A DNA stretch of 50,000 nt from Chiloscyllium plagiosum. Its lineage: Eukaryota. The notes under the pieces were generated by a model. It saw only the letters and a program-made list of their open reading frames with translations, was not told where the DNA came from and ran no database searches. Shown piece after piece: positions 1 to 11,924 of this stretch; the stretch's first letter is position 1; each line of letters begins with the position of its first letter. The stretch covers positions 1 through 50,000 of the forward strand of contig NW_025214721.1 in NCBI RefSeq assembly GCF_004010195.1. Reading direction: 5' to 3'. The position numbers and the translations under genes are program-made.

Positions 1-429
1 CACATAATCAACGCCAGTTGGATAGGTAAAATTTACTGATACATTAGTATAGTTTTGATTGGAATCACAACCTTGAGGCAAGTGAAGTATTGATCAACCG
101 AGCTCATTTTTTCAGTTACTTCCACAAGATAGTGACTGCATACATATAAATCATCAAAGATGTCAGAGTGGAGAGGGTAGGGACTCAGATAGCCATTGGC
201 AATCAGAAGCTGGAAAATCAGGCCTAGTTTTCTCTTTTCAGATCCTTATGCATGATGCAATTAAATTTGCTTCTTTTTAGGCAGGAATAAAGTGCTTTAG
301 CATTACAGTCGGGCTTAGTGAAATCTAGCTGCGCATGAGGGCAATGATCTAGAACAAAGTGCTCTATGCTCAGACTGGCCAAATGAAATAAAACAATTGG
401 GATCAGGTCTGATTGTAGTGGAGTATCTA

Positions 430-1263
430 AAAGGAGGATAGAGTGGCAGAGGGATTTAAGAAAGGAACTCTCGTGCTAAGCAACTGAAGACATGGGCACC
501 AATGCTGGAGCAATTAAAGATGGGATGTCAGAATTAGAGGTGCACAGATACTTGGATGATTGTAGGGCTAAAGAAAGTTACAGAAATAAGGATGGATGAG
601 AGATTGGAGGAATTTGAAATCACGAATGGGAATTGTAAAATTGAGACTTTGCCTATCTAAAAACCATTGAATGTTAGTGAGTGCAAGGAAGATGGATGAA
701 TGAAACTTCGTGTCAGGACATTAGCTACGGAGTTTTGGATAACACCAGGTTATTGGAAGGTAGAATGTGGAAGGCTAGCTGGGAGTATGTTGGAATAGTC
801 AAGTCTAGAGGTAATAAAGGAGTGCACGAGAGTTTCACCAGATTGATCTCTTGAGATGGTGGGATTGTTTTATGAGGAGAGACAAAGGAGACTGAGTTTG
901 CAATCTGTATAGTTTTAAAGAATGATCTAACTTACAAAGTTCTTACCAGGACATGACAGGGTGCTTGTAGGTAAGATGTTTCCACGGATGTTAAGTCTAA
1001 AAGCAAGGGAATATAATCTCAGGATACCGAGCAGGTCATTGAAGACTGAAATAACAGGAATTTCTTCATTCAGACGATGGTGAATCTTTGGAAATCTGTA
1101 CCTCAAAACATCAAAACATCTACAGATTGGCTGAACAGGCATGGATGTAGGTTTGAGCAGCAGATGAACTGAGGTGTATTACTGGGCAAGGTAACAAAGG
1201 TGGAAAAATGGGCTACTTATGTGAACATATGATTGAAAGATCAACATAGGATCAAGTGTGACA
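430..1263 (-). mobile_element. Old degenerate L2-like LINE fragment (split by a CR1 fragment at ~841-1130)
   Basis: Purine-rich motifs (ggagcaattaaag, gaattagagg, ttacagaaataagg, gaatttgaaat) recur in the same order at 35040-35170 plus 36950-37100. The host sequence appears to resume at agcagcagatgaactgagg (~1156). Family assignment is by recall only. Confidence 0.45.
841..1130 (+). mobile_element. CR1/HER1 LINE 3' ORF2 fragment, degenerate
   Basis: Typical CR1 C-terminal coding motifs: ttatgaggagaga, aatttcttcattcagacgatggtgaatctttggaa (F(T)QRVVNLW-like). Confidence 0.65.
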
Positions 1264-1330
1264 GGAAGGTAGTGGACAAAGTTAAAAATCACACAACACC
1301 AGGTTATAGCCCAACAGGTTTATTTGGAAG

Positions 1331-1365
1331 CACTAGCTTTCAGAGCACTGCTCCTTCATCAGGTG
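1331..1365 (-). ncRNA. Minimal type-I hammerhead ribozyme motif (core intact)
   Basis: Minus strand reads CAC-CTGATGA-A-GGAGC-AGT-GCTCT-GAAA-GC-TA-GTG: conserved CUGAUGA and GAAA boxes, 5-bp stem II (one G-U), palindromic AGCT in place of stem III, UA cleavage site, CAC/GTG stem I. Confidence 0.7.
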
Positions 1366-1395
1366 GTTGGAGGAGCAGCACTCCAAAAGCTAGTG

Positions 1396-1866
1396 AACAT
1401 AGAACATAGATAGAACAATACAGCACAGAACAGGCCCTTCGGCCCACGATGTTGTGCCGAACTTCTAACCTAGATTAAGTACCCATCCATGTACCTATAC
1501 AAATGCCGCTTAAAGGTCGCCAATGATCCCGACTCTACCACTCCCACGGGCAGAAGGCCGAGAACTCTCAACCTATCCTCGTACGACTTCCTCTCCATTC
1601 CAGGCAACATCCTGGTAAATCTTCTCTGCACCCTCTCCAAAGCTTCCACATCTTTCCTAAAGTGAGGCGACCAGAACTGCACACAGTACTCCAACTGTGG
1701 CCTAACCAAAGTCCTGTACAGCTGCAACATCACTTCACAACTCTTGAATTCAATCCCTCTGCTAATGAACGATAATACTCCATAGGCCTTCTTACAAACT
1801 CTATCCACCTGAGTGGCAACCTTCAAAGATCTATGTACATAGACCCCAAGATCCCTCTGTTCCTCC
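1396..1866 (-). mobile_element. HER1/CR1 LINE 3' fragment with internal deletion
   Basis: ORF 1470-1868(-) RDLGV...LYRTLVRPQLEYCVQFWSPH...LERVQRRFTRM is CR1 ORF2 C-terminus. Short-repeat tail (aacatag) at 1396-1420. Coding jump DRLRVLGLL|PVGVVES indicates a deletion near 1552. Confidence 0.9.
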
Positions 1867-3670
1867 AAATAAACCTGTAGGACTATAACGTGGTGTTGAA
1901 TGATTTTTAACTTTGTCCACCGCAGTCCAACACCGGCTCCTCCACATCATGGAAGGTAGTGAACAGTCTGGCCTCACATCAAACAGATATTAGGATTCGT
2001 CTCAAGGTTTCTTTTTGTTTAAATTCTTGACAAACTTAACCTTGGTTCTCTTCAGGGAGCTTTCAACATTAACAGACAGGAAAATATGCCTTTTCACCTG
2101 AGGTACTCAATAACCACAGGCTAGAATGTTGAAACCTTTATGCTTATAAACTCTATAAAGGCATTTTATTGCAAAGTCCATCAATTCAGCGAGTCCTCAT
2201 CCTGGTTTGTATTAGAATGACGTAGACAGAAGGAAGTCTTTTAACTGTTGTACTGAATTGTAGAGCTACCCAGTTAGTTCCACTCTACTCTTTCCTGATG
2301 GTCATGTCAATTTTTTCTTTGCAAGTATTTATCCAAAGCTGTAAAATTTCAGCTGTATGGAGAGATCGGGATGCTGGGTGTCCTCCTTAGGGACGTTAGG
2401 GCCATTCAGCCTTCAGTGCCCGTTCTACCATTCATTCATCTATGACCTAATTTCTTCCTAACTTTAACTCACATGCCCAAATTCCTTTGGTTAACAAAAA
2501 AAATCTACCTACAACTGATTGAGCATCTGTTTTCAGTTGCAGAAGAGAACTCCAAACCTCTGAGACCTTTTCAATATAAAACACCTTGACAAACTGGCTT
2601 TAATTTTTATATGATGCCTCCCCCATTGCCCAATCCTAGACTGCTCAATCAACAGAAATTTCTAAATTCCAGTGAATGCCATAGTGGTTTATCTAATCTT
2701 CTGGTAAGTCAACCATTGGAGGCCAGGAGCAGAAACTTGTGCTGCCCCGGGAATGAGAAACAGAGTGCGGGAACTTCATTGAGCATGAGGCCAAAATTCA
2801 GGTTCAGAAGGTGGGAAGAAAATTTATAATTAAATTCTTGAAGTTTCAAAGGTGGGTTGAGCTTTCTAATGGCAAGTATTGGGAGTCCCATTGGACATAT
2901 TTCCATCTCATGAGTACTCCATAAAGGGCCACCTAACCAGAATGAAATTCCATTTCCGAATGAAACTCTCCACAAGAAATCAATGCTGATTGCTTCTGAT
3001 TCTTGATCGCATCTAAGTAGCATGCAGCAGGTATAATATTGTACTTGCTGGACTTAGGAGCAAGTAGCTGCTAGCTCATATCCTCTTTGGGCAACATTTG
3101 TCTTTGTTTGCTAATGGGTGCCAATCACCCAAGCTGCATAGGACATGGAGGATGACTGAGGGAGGGATGGGGTAAAGCCAGAATGTTTAGCTGCCGGTGT
3201 TTAACTCCAAGAACTTGAGTGATGCTCCACTCTTGCAGCGAATGAATGGTTTTTGAGGTAGTATTTAAATATGGTGCCAAGACCTTTGACCCTTAAGGTA
3301 ATGGTATGGTGTTGACGTCCTGTCTATCTGCCCAAAATGATTTGCCGTGCTCACCCACAAGAGTCTATGCTGCATTTGTTCCAAGGCCAATATATTGTTT
3401 TAAGGTGTGATTCTCACCATATTCCAGCTTACTAGGACATTGTATTCTTGTTCTGAACATGGAATGGTCAGCGTTTCTGCAGCCTTTTTCATGATTTCCG
3501 TTCTTTGTTCATGACATTTTACTAAGGTATGTATCTGCACCTCCACTGTTTCTAGCTTCTCATCATTTAGAAAGTATTCTGTTCAGGCTTTCATTTTGCT
3601 GTAAAATTCATGATCTCAAATTTGCCTATGGTTTTGCTCAGCATTCACTTCACCTATCAATATCTATAGT

Positions 3671-3985
3671 GGGCGGCACGGTGGCACAGTGGTTAGCACT
3701 GCTGCCTCACAGCGCCAGAGACCCGGGTTCAATTCCTGCCTCAGGCGACTGACTGTGTGGAGTTTGCACGTTCTCCCCGTGTCTGCGTGGGTTTCCTCCG
3801 GGTGCTCCGGTTTCCTCCCACACTCCAAAAGATGTGCAGGTCAGGTGAATTGGCTGTGCTAAATTGCCCGTAGTGTTAGGTAAGGGGTAAATGTAGGGGT
3901 ATGGGTGGGTTACGCTTCGGCGGGTCGGTGTGGACTTGTTGGGCCGAAGGACCTGTTTCCACACTGTAAGTAATCTAATCTAATC
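3671..3985 (+). mobile_element. HE1-type V-SINE, full length, young
   Basis: tRNA-derived head with A box (tggcacagtgg) and B box (gggttcaattcc), V-domain tgtgtggagtttgcacgttctccccgtgtctgcgtgggtttcctcc, HER1-like 3' end and (taatc)n tail. Confidence 0.92.
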
Positions 3986-5347
3986 ATTTTGTAATCGAAC
4001 ACTTCCATCAACACTGCTTAGTGAGGAAACCCAACTATGTGTCATCTGTAAAATTTGGATATGTGACCTTCTATCCTGTAACCCAAGTCGTTGAGGCCCT
4101 AACACAGATATGCTTCTGCTTTAATATAAAATCACAACAGACTCCTCTTGCTTTCCAAGTAACAGAATAACAATTTCTGAATTGATGAATGCTGAAGATT
4201 GAAAAGAAAGTGCCCCTTGTAACATGTGAGAATAAAATAATTCTGGTGACTCTCCGCAAATTACTTGACTAATCCATCTCACAGAGCAGCAAAAGGTTGG
4301 CATGTAGGGGGCAGTCTTGTTCAATTATAGAACAATAAGATATGATTGACATTAGATTGGACTTTGTAGTCAATGATGAAGTTGACTTTGATTAGGTCTT
4401 GCTGAGAGAATTGACCTCTCTCACTCTACAATGGGACTGTAACTGATTACTGCATATCTTTATTGGGGATTTTCAGCTTGATGTCTGCAAGCTGCCCAAG
4501 TAACCAGTCATGTTAAAGGATTTTCACAGCTCCCCCTGCCCCCAGCAACCCTCTCAACTCAAACAGGAAACAGAAAGCATTCCAATTAAATCACTTTTAA
4601 ATATTTTCATATCAAGCTTATTAAAGTTTGGAGCACGTACATGGGGGTGAAGGAAGAAGCATAAAATATTCTGTAAAAACATATTAAATACTTATTGCAA
4701 ACAAAATTTAGCTTAAAAATGTATGAATTAACAGCTCTCTGATTATACAATTATTTTCTCAGAGCCAATTTTTTCACATTTTGTTAATCATATTATAATT
4801 CATTTAAAGAAAATAGAAAAATAATGGTTGTTCTCCATCAGCCAACCATGGATGTGCTGGAGGATACAGATGTAAGGTTTTGGGCAAGAAGTGCAGGTGA
4901 GATGTGAGGAAGCGTCCTATACCTTGGCATGCACTGCACGTGGAGAGTGAAAGTTGGAGAGACACTCGAAGGAAATAAACTGAGAGGGCTGCATGGACTG
5001 GTTGGACTGAAGGGTCTATTTCAATGACTCTATGATTGCCAGGATCAAGCAAGGGAATAGGACGGACTGGATTGCTCTATGGAGAACCAATATGAAACCT
5101 ATGTGCAGAATAGCCTCCATCTGTGCCACAATGACTCTTAGTTTAATGTTAATAATTCAGTTGCATCTAATTGAACATGATATAACATTTTATAGGGGCT
5201 TTAAGACTGATGTGAGAAATTCTCACTGATTTAAATGATTTCAGAGTCTGGGGATTGGAGATGAATACACCTGTGATAAACTCTGAGGGACAGGCAGCAA
5301 CCTAAGCATTTCCAAACTGCAGAAGCCCAACTCTTTTTTTTATATAT

Positions 5348-5691
5348 AGAATCCCTACAGCGTGGAAACAGGCCTTTTGACCCAACAAGTCCACACTGAC
5401 CCTCCAAAGAGCGACCCACCCAGACCCACTCTGCCACCCCAGTACTCTACAATTTACCCCAGACTAATGCACCTGATCTACACATCCCTGAACACTATGG
5501 ACAATTTAGCATGGCCAATTCACCCTCACATACACATCTTTGGACTGTGGGAGGAAACCAGAGCACCCAGAGGAAACCCATGCAGACACAGGGAGAATGT
5601 GCAAATTCCACAAAGACAATCGCCCGAGGCTGGAATTGAACGCAGGTCCCTCATGCTGTGAGGCAACAGTACTAACATGTGAGCCACAGTG

Positions 5692-5725
<34 letters not shown>

Positions 5726-5755
5726 CCGTCCACTTACCGAGCAACTGTGCTGCCC
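5348..5755 (-). mobile_element. HE1-type V-SINE with (CT)n microsatellite inside its 5' head
   Basis: Reverse-complement V-domain (ggaaacccatgcagacacagggagaatgtgcaaattccaca). (CT)n at ~5695-5722; the SINE 5' end actgtgctgccc resumes at ~5744. Confidence 0.85.
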
Positions 5756-7589
5756 CACAACTGTGTAAAGTTGTGGTCAGATTCACAGCAGTGATTGTAA
5801 TGAATGCTGGCACCAATCACCACCTTCCACACTTGCAAATTCCAGTCCCATTATTCAATCCTAACAAAACTAACAGAAAATGAGGAAAAGTACAGGAAAA
5901 TTAATAGCCAGCTGTCTATGTTGAATGATGTTTTCAACTGATGCCAAAACTGACATCGACAGCATGGGCTCTATGTCCCATTCTACAAAAGTGAAGAAAC
6001 ATCGGGAATGTTTCGACAGTTTAATTTCACTGGATGTCTGCCTCCTAACTATGAGCATTGTGTTTTCTTTTAGTTTTTCTTAGGAATATGCACTGCCATT
6101 CTTTCATGTAATCTTGAAATGTCTGAATAAAATTCCCTCAAAAAGTGGAACTCTTACAAGAAGTTGCGAGTAAGAGGAAGCTGGATAAGCACATGAAAGG
6201 GAACAAACAAAAGAACATATTGAGAGGATGAGATGAAGTGGGGGTAGAAGAAGTCTCACATGGAGCAGAAACATCAGCTTAGACCAATTGGGCTGACTGG
6301 CCTATTTATATTTTGTAAATTCTATGTAAATAAGATTATTGATAGAGTTTAAAATTTCTTTTTTTTCACCCTTATTTCAGTGATGGTTCAAGTATTCTAT
6401 TTAAAAGGTAAGTACCACCAGCATGATTGAAAGATAACAATAGGTTATTTGAGGAGTCACTTTTTAAATGATGCTTTAGAATTGTGTAACATTGGAATTC
6501 CAGTTCTATATAGAGTTTTATGTTTGGATAATCTCTATATGATGGAGTACAGTTGCTGTCTTAATATTTCTAAAGCAAGTGATATGTACTTTGTTCACAT
6601 CCATTTTGCGACCTTTCATCCAAAGGGTATGTTTCTCTGAGCAATGAGAGTTTCAACACAGAACAACCTATCTTTAGAAGATTATTCTGCTGAACTTCAT
6701 TCAATTTCACAATTGCAACAACTTTATAATTGTTGATTTCACAACAGTTCTCATCCAACGTGACCATTCCATAATCAATATTGTTTCTTCCCCTTTCTTC
6801 ATTTTGTTTCTGTTGGATTTTTGCCTCTCCCTCTACCTTGAGTTGGTAATTTGTCATACATAAAAGGCAGATTAGCATTCTTATAGCTCCAATCTTAACC
6901 TCAGGACATCCCATGCACTTTACAACTTTATTGAAGTATGTTTTTTGAAGGCTGTGAATCACGCAAATGTTACCTGTAGGTGGCACAAAGCGTGCATATT
7001 CACAAAGAGGCCAAGTGAAATACCTACTACACATCTGATGAGTAAGTGAGGATTTGACAGATTGGATGTTGTATTAATTTGAAATGATCGCTGTTGAGAA
7101 GAACTCAGCTGAGGGACAAAGATCATTTCATTATGGGTTCAGCTCTTGTTTGGAGAGATGTCCTCGCTTCAAATTTTGCCAATCCAACTTTTCATTTCTT
7201 TGCTGTTTTCTTCACAGATTGTTTCCTGTCTGCTAATTTCCTCATTTTCTTTACCACTTCAACTAGTTTGCTCTCTTAGTGATTTTGAAGGAGCTCGAGG
7301 CACCCTGTCCTTTTGTCTGCACCAGGGAGTCTTTTTCCACCTTCTGCCTGATACAGACCCTAACTAGGGACTGGAACTTCTCACATCAGCCCCATGACTA
7401 GCTGAAGCTTTCTTTATCACAGCCAGGGACATCCCTTTGTGATTACACAGCCCATCATTGCTTTCTTGCTGATTTAAAGCCCAGGTGAAGGCTGCAAATG
7501 CAAACAGTCATTAGCACCAACTACACAAATACAGACTGTGGCCATCATTGCAATACTATTAGACAGCAAGTTGGCCGTTATACCATTTA

Positions 7590-7940
7590 TTTAAGTGTAG
7601 TCACGTTGCAACCAAATTACACACTGCAAGATCCTCCGAACTGCATTGCGTTAATAACTAAATAATGTACTTACTTTTGTGATGATGGCTGCAAGCAATA
7701 TATGGGCTAGGACACTGTGATGAACTTATCTGCTCTTCTTTGAAACATTTGCCGCAGAATTTATTACAACCATCTGAGAAAAGAGATGGGCCTTATTTTG
7801 CCATCACATCCCAAAGATGTTCTTCCAAGAGTTCAACACGCCATCAGTTCTGCACTAGGTGTGTTAGCGTGGATTATGTGCTTATGTCTGTACAGTGGGA
7901 CCTTTGCAATAACTTTGCAACACATGAATGCTTGAGACCG
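7590..7940 (-). mobile_element. Deu-domain SINE (SacSINE1-like), degenerate
   Basis: Reverse-complement similarity to the Deu-domain copy at 42710-43060 (ctgctcttctttgaaa; cagttctgcactaggtgtgttagc). Confidence 0.5.
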
Positions 7941-8019
7941 CACATAGAACACTGTGCACAACTGGGTCTCCTTATTTAAGGGAAGAGTATACTTACACTG
8001 GAAGGAACTTAGAGAAAAT

Positions 8020-8415
8020 TCATTCATAGGATCAGCTGATTCGTGGGATGTCTTATGAGTAAAGGTTGAACAGATTGGGCCTATTCTTTTTGCAGTTTAG
8101 AAGAATGTGAAGTGACCTTATTAAAAGCATTAAAGCTGAGAGGATGTTTCTTGTCCTAGGGGAATCTAGAATTGTGGGTACAGTTTAAAGATAAAGATTG
8201 TTAGTCTTCACAGAAAGCAATGGATGCTGAATCATTGAATATATTTAAGGCTGATTTTGACAAAAGTTTGACCTGCAAGGGAGTAAAATGTAATAGGGGA
8301 CAACAAGAAAATGGAGTATGGGCTGCAATCAGATCAGCTATGATCTTACTTCATAGTTGAGCAGACTGATGGGTTAAATGGCCTACTATTACTCCTATTT
8401 CTTTTGTGATCCTAT
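8020..8415 (+). mobile_element. CR1 LINE 3' fragment, degenerate
   Basis: tttagaagaatgtgaagtgaccttatt (RRMRGDLI-like), tcattgaatatatttaaggctga, and 3' UTR ggttaaatggcctactattactcctattt. Confidence 0.65.
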
Positions 8416-9188
8416 GACAGGACTCACAACCTTCTGGCTCATAGCTAAAGGGGTTACACACTGAGTCATGGATAAACCAAATCCAATTTGCTGTCACTTT
8501 TCGTAGTGGTCTCTGATAGTAGCCATACCAAGACTCCAGTGTTTCACTCTGTAACCTATAGGGGTTGAGACCAATTATAACCAACTGCCTTAACCTTTAC
8601 TGCTACACTGATAACTACTTCAAGAGTAGGTAGTTGAGGATCTATTCTCTGTAATCCATTTATTTGCTTCACTAATTTGTTCAGTCGTTGGGGGAATCAG
8701 TTGAAGACGTTTATGAAAATATTTGGCATATGTATGTACAAAGAACTTTGGTGAACTACTAACAATGATCTTGTCTTCAGATCTGTAAATATTTTTGGAA
8801 ATTGTTAATGTAAGTGCTTTCTTAATAGATATTTTGCTACAGCCCAGGTGGAGATATATCCAAAACCACTTTTTAAGAAATAATTACATGAAGATAGAGT
8901 CATGAAGTGCAGGAACTATTCTCCTAGCACCACTGCAGTACCATCAGCAATACCATTGCTAATTCCCTCTATCAGATCTTCCTGATCTCCCCTTACATTT
9001 TCCAAGTACCCCATCATTCTTCTGATCATCCTCCCTCTCCCATTGCCTCTCCTTCAAGATAAATTTTTACTTTTGCCAAGTTTACCTGAGATTTAATGAA
9101 TTTGTGCAGAAGATATATTATTGCAGCAGAATAAAACCTTTTGTCTATATAAACCACACTATGCCGAATGGGTTGGCATCTGAAACTA

Positions 9189-9517
9189 GCATAGTGTTCA
9201 GTGGTTAGCGCTGCTGCCTCACAGTGTCAGGCATCCATGTTCAAGTGCAGCCTTGAGTGACTGTCTGTACGGAGTTTGCACGTTCTCTCTGTGTTTGTGT
9301 GAGGAGCTCCAGTTTCCTCCCATTGTCCAAATAAACAGATTAGATGGACTGGCCATGGTAAATTGTCCTGTAGTGTCCATGGATGTTTAGGTTAGGTAGG
9401 TTAGCCATGGTAAATCCAGGGATAGAGTGGGGGACTGGATTTGCATGGGATGCTCTTTGGAGGGTCGGAGCAGACCTGATGGGCTTAATGGCCACTTCCT
9501 GCACTGTAGGGACTCTG
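9189..9517 (+). mobile_element. HE1-type V-SINE, diverged
   Basis: gtggttagcgctgctgcctcacag head and ggagtttgcacgttctc V-domain. Confidence 0.8.
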
Positions 9518-9759
9518 GAATTTTGCAACATAGAAACCAGCCTTTGGTCTGACAGAACCATGCCCAACTCAGGCTCCCTCCTACAAAATGTGAAAGCTAC
9601 ACTGCTTTTAATTTGTCATTTTGATGACCACAAAAATTTTATCCGACAATTTGAAAAAATATATAAGGTTATGGTGTTTAGAAGATTTATTTGCAAACAA
9701 CAGTTGGCGGGTGTGCTCTCCGATGAAAAGAATTTTTGATTAGTTATGTGTTAGCTCAG

Positions 9760-10187
9760 CTGATGATACTAAGCTGGGTGGCAGGGTGAAATGTGAGGAG
9801 GATGTTAGGAGATTACAGGGTGACCTGGACAGGTTAGCTGAATGGTCAGATGCATGGCAGATGCAGTTTAATGTGGATAAATGTATGGTTATCCACTTTG
9901 GTGGCAAGAACGGGAAGGCAGATTACTACCTAAATGGAATCAATTTAGGTAAAGGGGCAGTACAAAGAGATCTGGGTGTTCTTGTACACCAGTCAATGAA
10001 GGTAAGCTTGCAGGTACAGCAGGTAGTGAAGAAGGCTAATAATATGCTGGTCTTCATAAAAAGAGGGATGAGTATGGAAGCAAAGAGGTTCTTCTGCAGC
10101 TGTACAGGGCCCTGGTGAGACCACACCTGGAGTACTGTGTGCAGTTCAGGTCTCCAAATTTGAGGAAAGACATTCTGACTATTGAGG
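9760..10187 (+). mobile_element. CR1/HER1 LINE RT C-terminal fragment running into an assembly gap
   Basis: ADDTKLG and LQGDLDRLAEWSDAWQMQFNVDKC...[17 protein letters not shown] in a second frame. Confidence 0.9.
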
Positions 10188-10378
10188 NNNNNNNNNNNNN
10201 NNNNNNNNNNNNNNNNNNNNNNNNNNNNNNNNNNNNNNNNNNNNNNNNNNNNNNNNNNNNNNNNNNNNNNNNNNNNNNNNNNNNNNNNNNNNNNNNNNNN
10301 NNNNNNNNNNNNNNNNNNNNNNNNNNNNNNNNNNNNNNNNNNNNNNNNNNNNNNNNNNNNNNNNNNNNNNNNNNNNNN
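10188..10378. other. Assembly gap (191 N)
   Basis: Run of n characters. Confidence 1.
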
Positions 10379-10807
10379 CTATTGTCTATGTATAGACAAA
10401 GTTGTAGCAGATGCAGATATCTGAATTTTCTCATATGTTTAAATAAATGCATCTTGATCATGTATGTGTTTTTTTTCCCTCATATTCTTCTATGTTGCAG
10501 CTCCAAATGTTTGCAAAGTTTTCCATGAAACTAAACCCACCTGGCTAATAAATAAATAAATATGTTTGTACCTAATTCTTTGAAAGATTCTTCAAGCACA
10601 ATTAAGACCTTCTGTCGTTCCAAGGTACAAAACTGCCTAGGGAGGGAAGTTTCAATTAAGTTGCACTGTGTGCAATTAGAAGATATTCCTGACGAATCTT
10701 TAGATGTAAAAACTTGTTGTCAATGTGCCCTTAGTGACTGAAGGATCAAATCTTGATTGTTCTATAGAACACTGTAATATCTGCAGTCAACAATAACACT
10801 ACTAGGT

Positions 10808-10922
10808 AATAACAAGGACTGCAGATGCTGGAAACCAGAGTCTAGATTAGAGTGTTGCTGGAAAAGCACAGCAGGTCAGGCAGCATCCAATGAGCAGGAA
10901 AATCAATGTTTTGGGCAAAAGC
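10808..10922 (-). mobile_element. Penelope terminal-repeat fragment ending inside hammerhead stem II
   Basis: ctgcagatgctggaaaccag...gctggaaaagcacagcaggtcaggcagcatcc...ttgggcaaaagc matches the terminal repeats of the elements at 18781 and 46355. Confidence 0.75.
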
Positions 10923-11766
10923 ACTGCCAAGTTGGACAGAAAACAAGAAGTGTAAGGAAATTTATGCTTGGAGGCTGAACTTGTTGAGGAAAAGCAGAAA
11001 CACTTGCTTTACAGCCACTGAAGTACATTGTGGACTGAAAACAAAGCATTTTTTTATTTCAAAAATATACTTTATTCATAAAATTATTTTGATATCTATA
11101 CAATTGGTCATGCCATTCTTATGCACACATTGCATTTCTTTACATACAGGGATTGGAATTAATCATTCGTACGTACAAGTCTGTGTGTTGACCATCCAGG
11201 TATTTTGCTGAAGTGTCAGCGGGGCTCGATTACTGAGTGGGCCTCCTGTTCTTCTTAGGCAGGCAGACCTTACACGGTGGTCTTTCCCCACCTTGTCTTG
11301 GCAGCAGCTGCCCCAAGCTTCAGCGCATCCCTCAACACGTAGTCCTGGACCTTGGAACGTGCCCATCTGCAACACTCAGTCGGGGTCAACTCCTTCAGCT
11401 GGAAGATCAACAGGTTTCGGACAGACCAAAGAGTGTCTTTGACCAAGTTGATGATCCTCCAGGCACAGTTGATGTTCGTCTCGATGTGCGTCCCAGGGAA
11501 CAGACCCGCGTCATGGAGCTGCTTGGGACGAACCTCGACAAACACCACCGCATTCTTCTCCAGACTTCCTTTGCGTAGGCACATTCCAGAAGGAGGTGTG
11601 TGACAGTCTCGTCCCCTCCACAGCCACTTCGAGGGCAGCGTGTGGTGCGGCAGAGAGTCCGGGCATGCATAAAGGATCTCACAGGCAGAGTCCTTCTCAC
11701 CACCAACCAAGCCATGTCTTTGTGCTTGTTGGAAAGTTCTGGCAATTAGGCATTCTACCAAATGAC

Positions 11767-11924
11767 TTTGACAGTCTGTCCAGGGAACCGCTCAACAGGA
11801 TCCGCTCTCTCCTTTTCCCGAAGGGTCTCAAGGACACTATGTGCTTTTGACAGTCTGTCCAGGGAACCGCTCAACAGGATCCGCCCTCTCCTTTTCCCGA
11901 AGGGTCTCAAGGACATTATGTGCT
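11767..11924. repeat. 79-bp tandem duplication inside the Tx1 ORF2 (frameshifting)
   Basis: 11767-11845 and 11846-11924 are identical except for 2 positions. Confidence 0.9.

Larger units (their letters stand above)
1275..1950. mobile_element. Non-autonomous palindromic Penelope-type terminal-repeat element with hammerhead motif, interrupted by a CR1
   Basis: Left arm gtggacaaagttaaaaatcacacaacacc (1272 on) is the reverse complement of the right arm ending gatttttaactttgtccac (1920). TSD GGAAGGTAGTG at 1264-1274 and 1951-1961. Same family as 34828-34968. Confidence 0.75.

Noticed and set aside
116..176. AG/GT-bounded open segment LLPQDSDCIHINHQRCQSGE
   Set aside because: Phase is incompatible with the next candidate exon, the donor is weak and no homology was recognised.
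3671..3745. tRNA-like sequence with A and B boxes
   Set aside because: It is the head of an HE1 SINE, continuing into the V-domain and tail; not a tRNA gene. The same applies to the other copies.
5362..5883. Overlapping ORFs with ERERER/LSLSLS runs
   Set aside because: Translations of a SINE and a (CT)n microsatellite.
10054..10528. ORFs spanning X runs
   Set aside because: Artefacts of the N gap.
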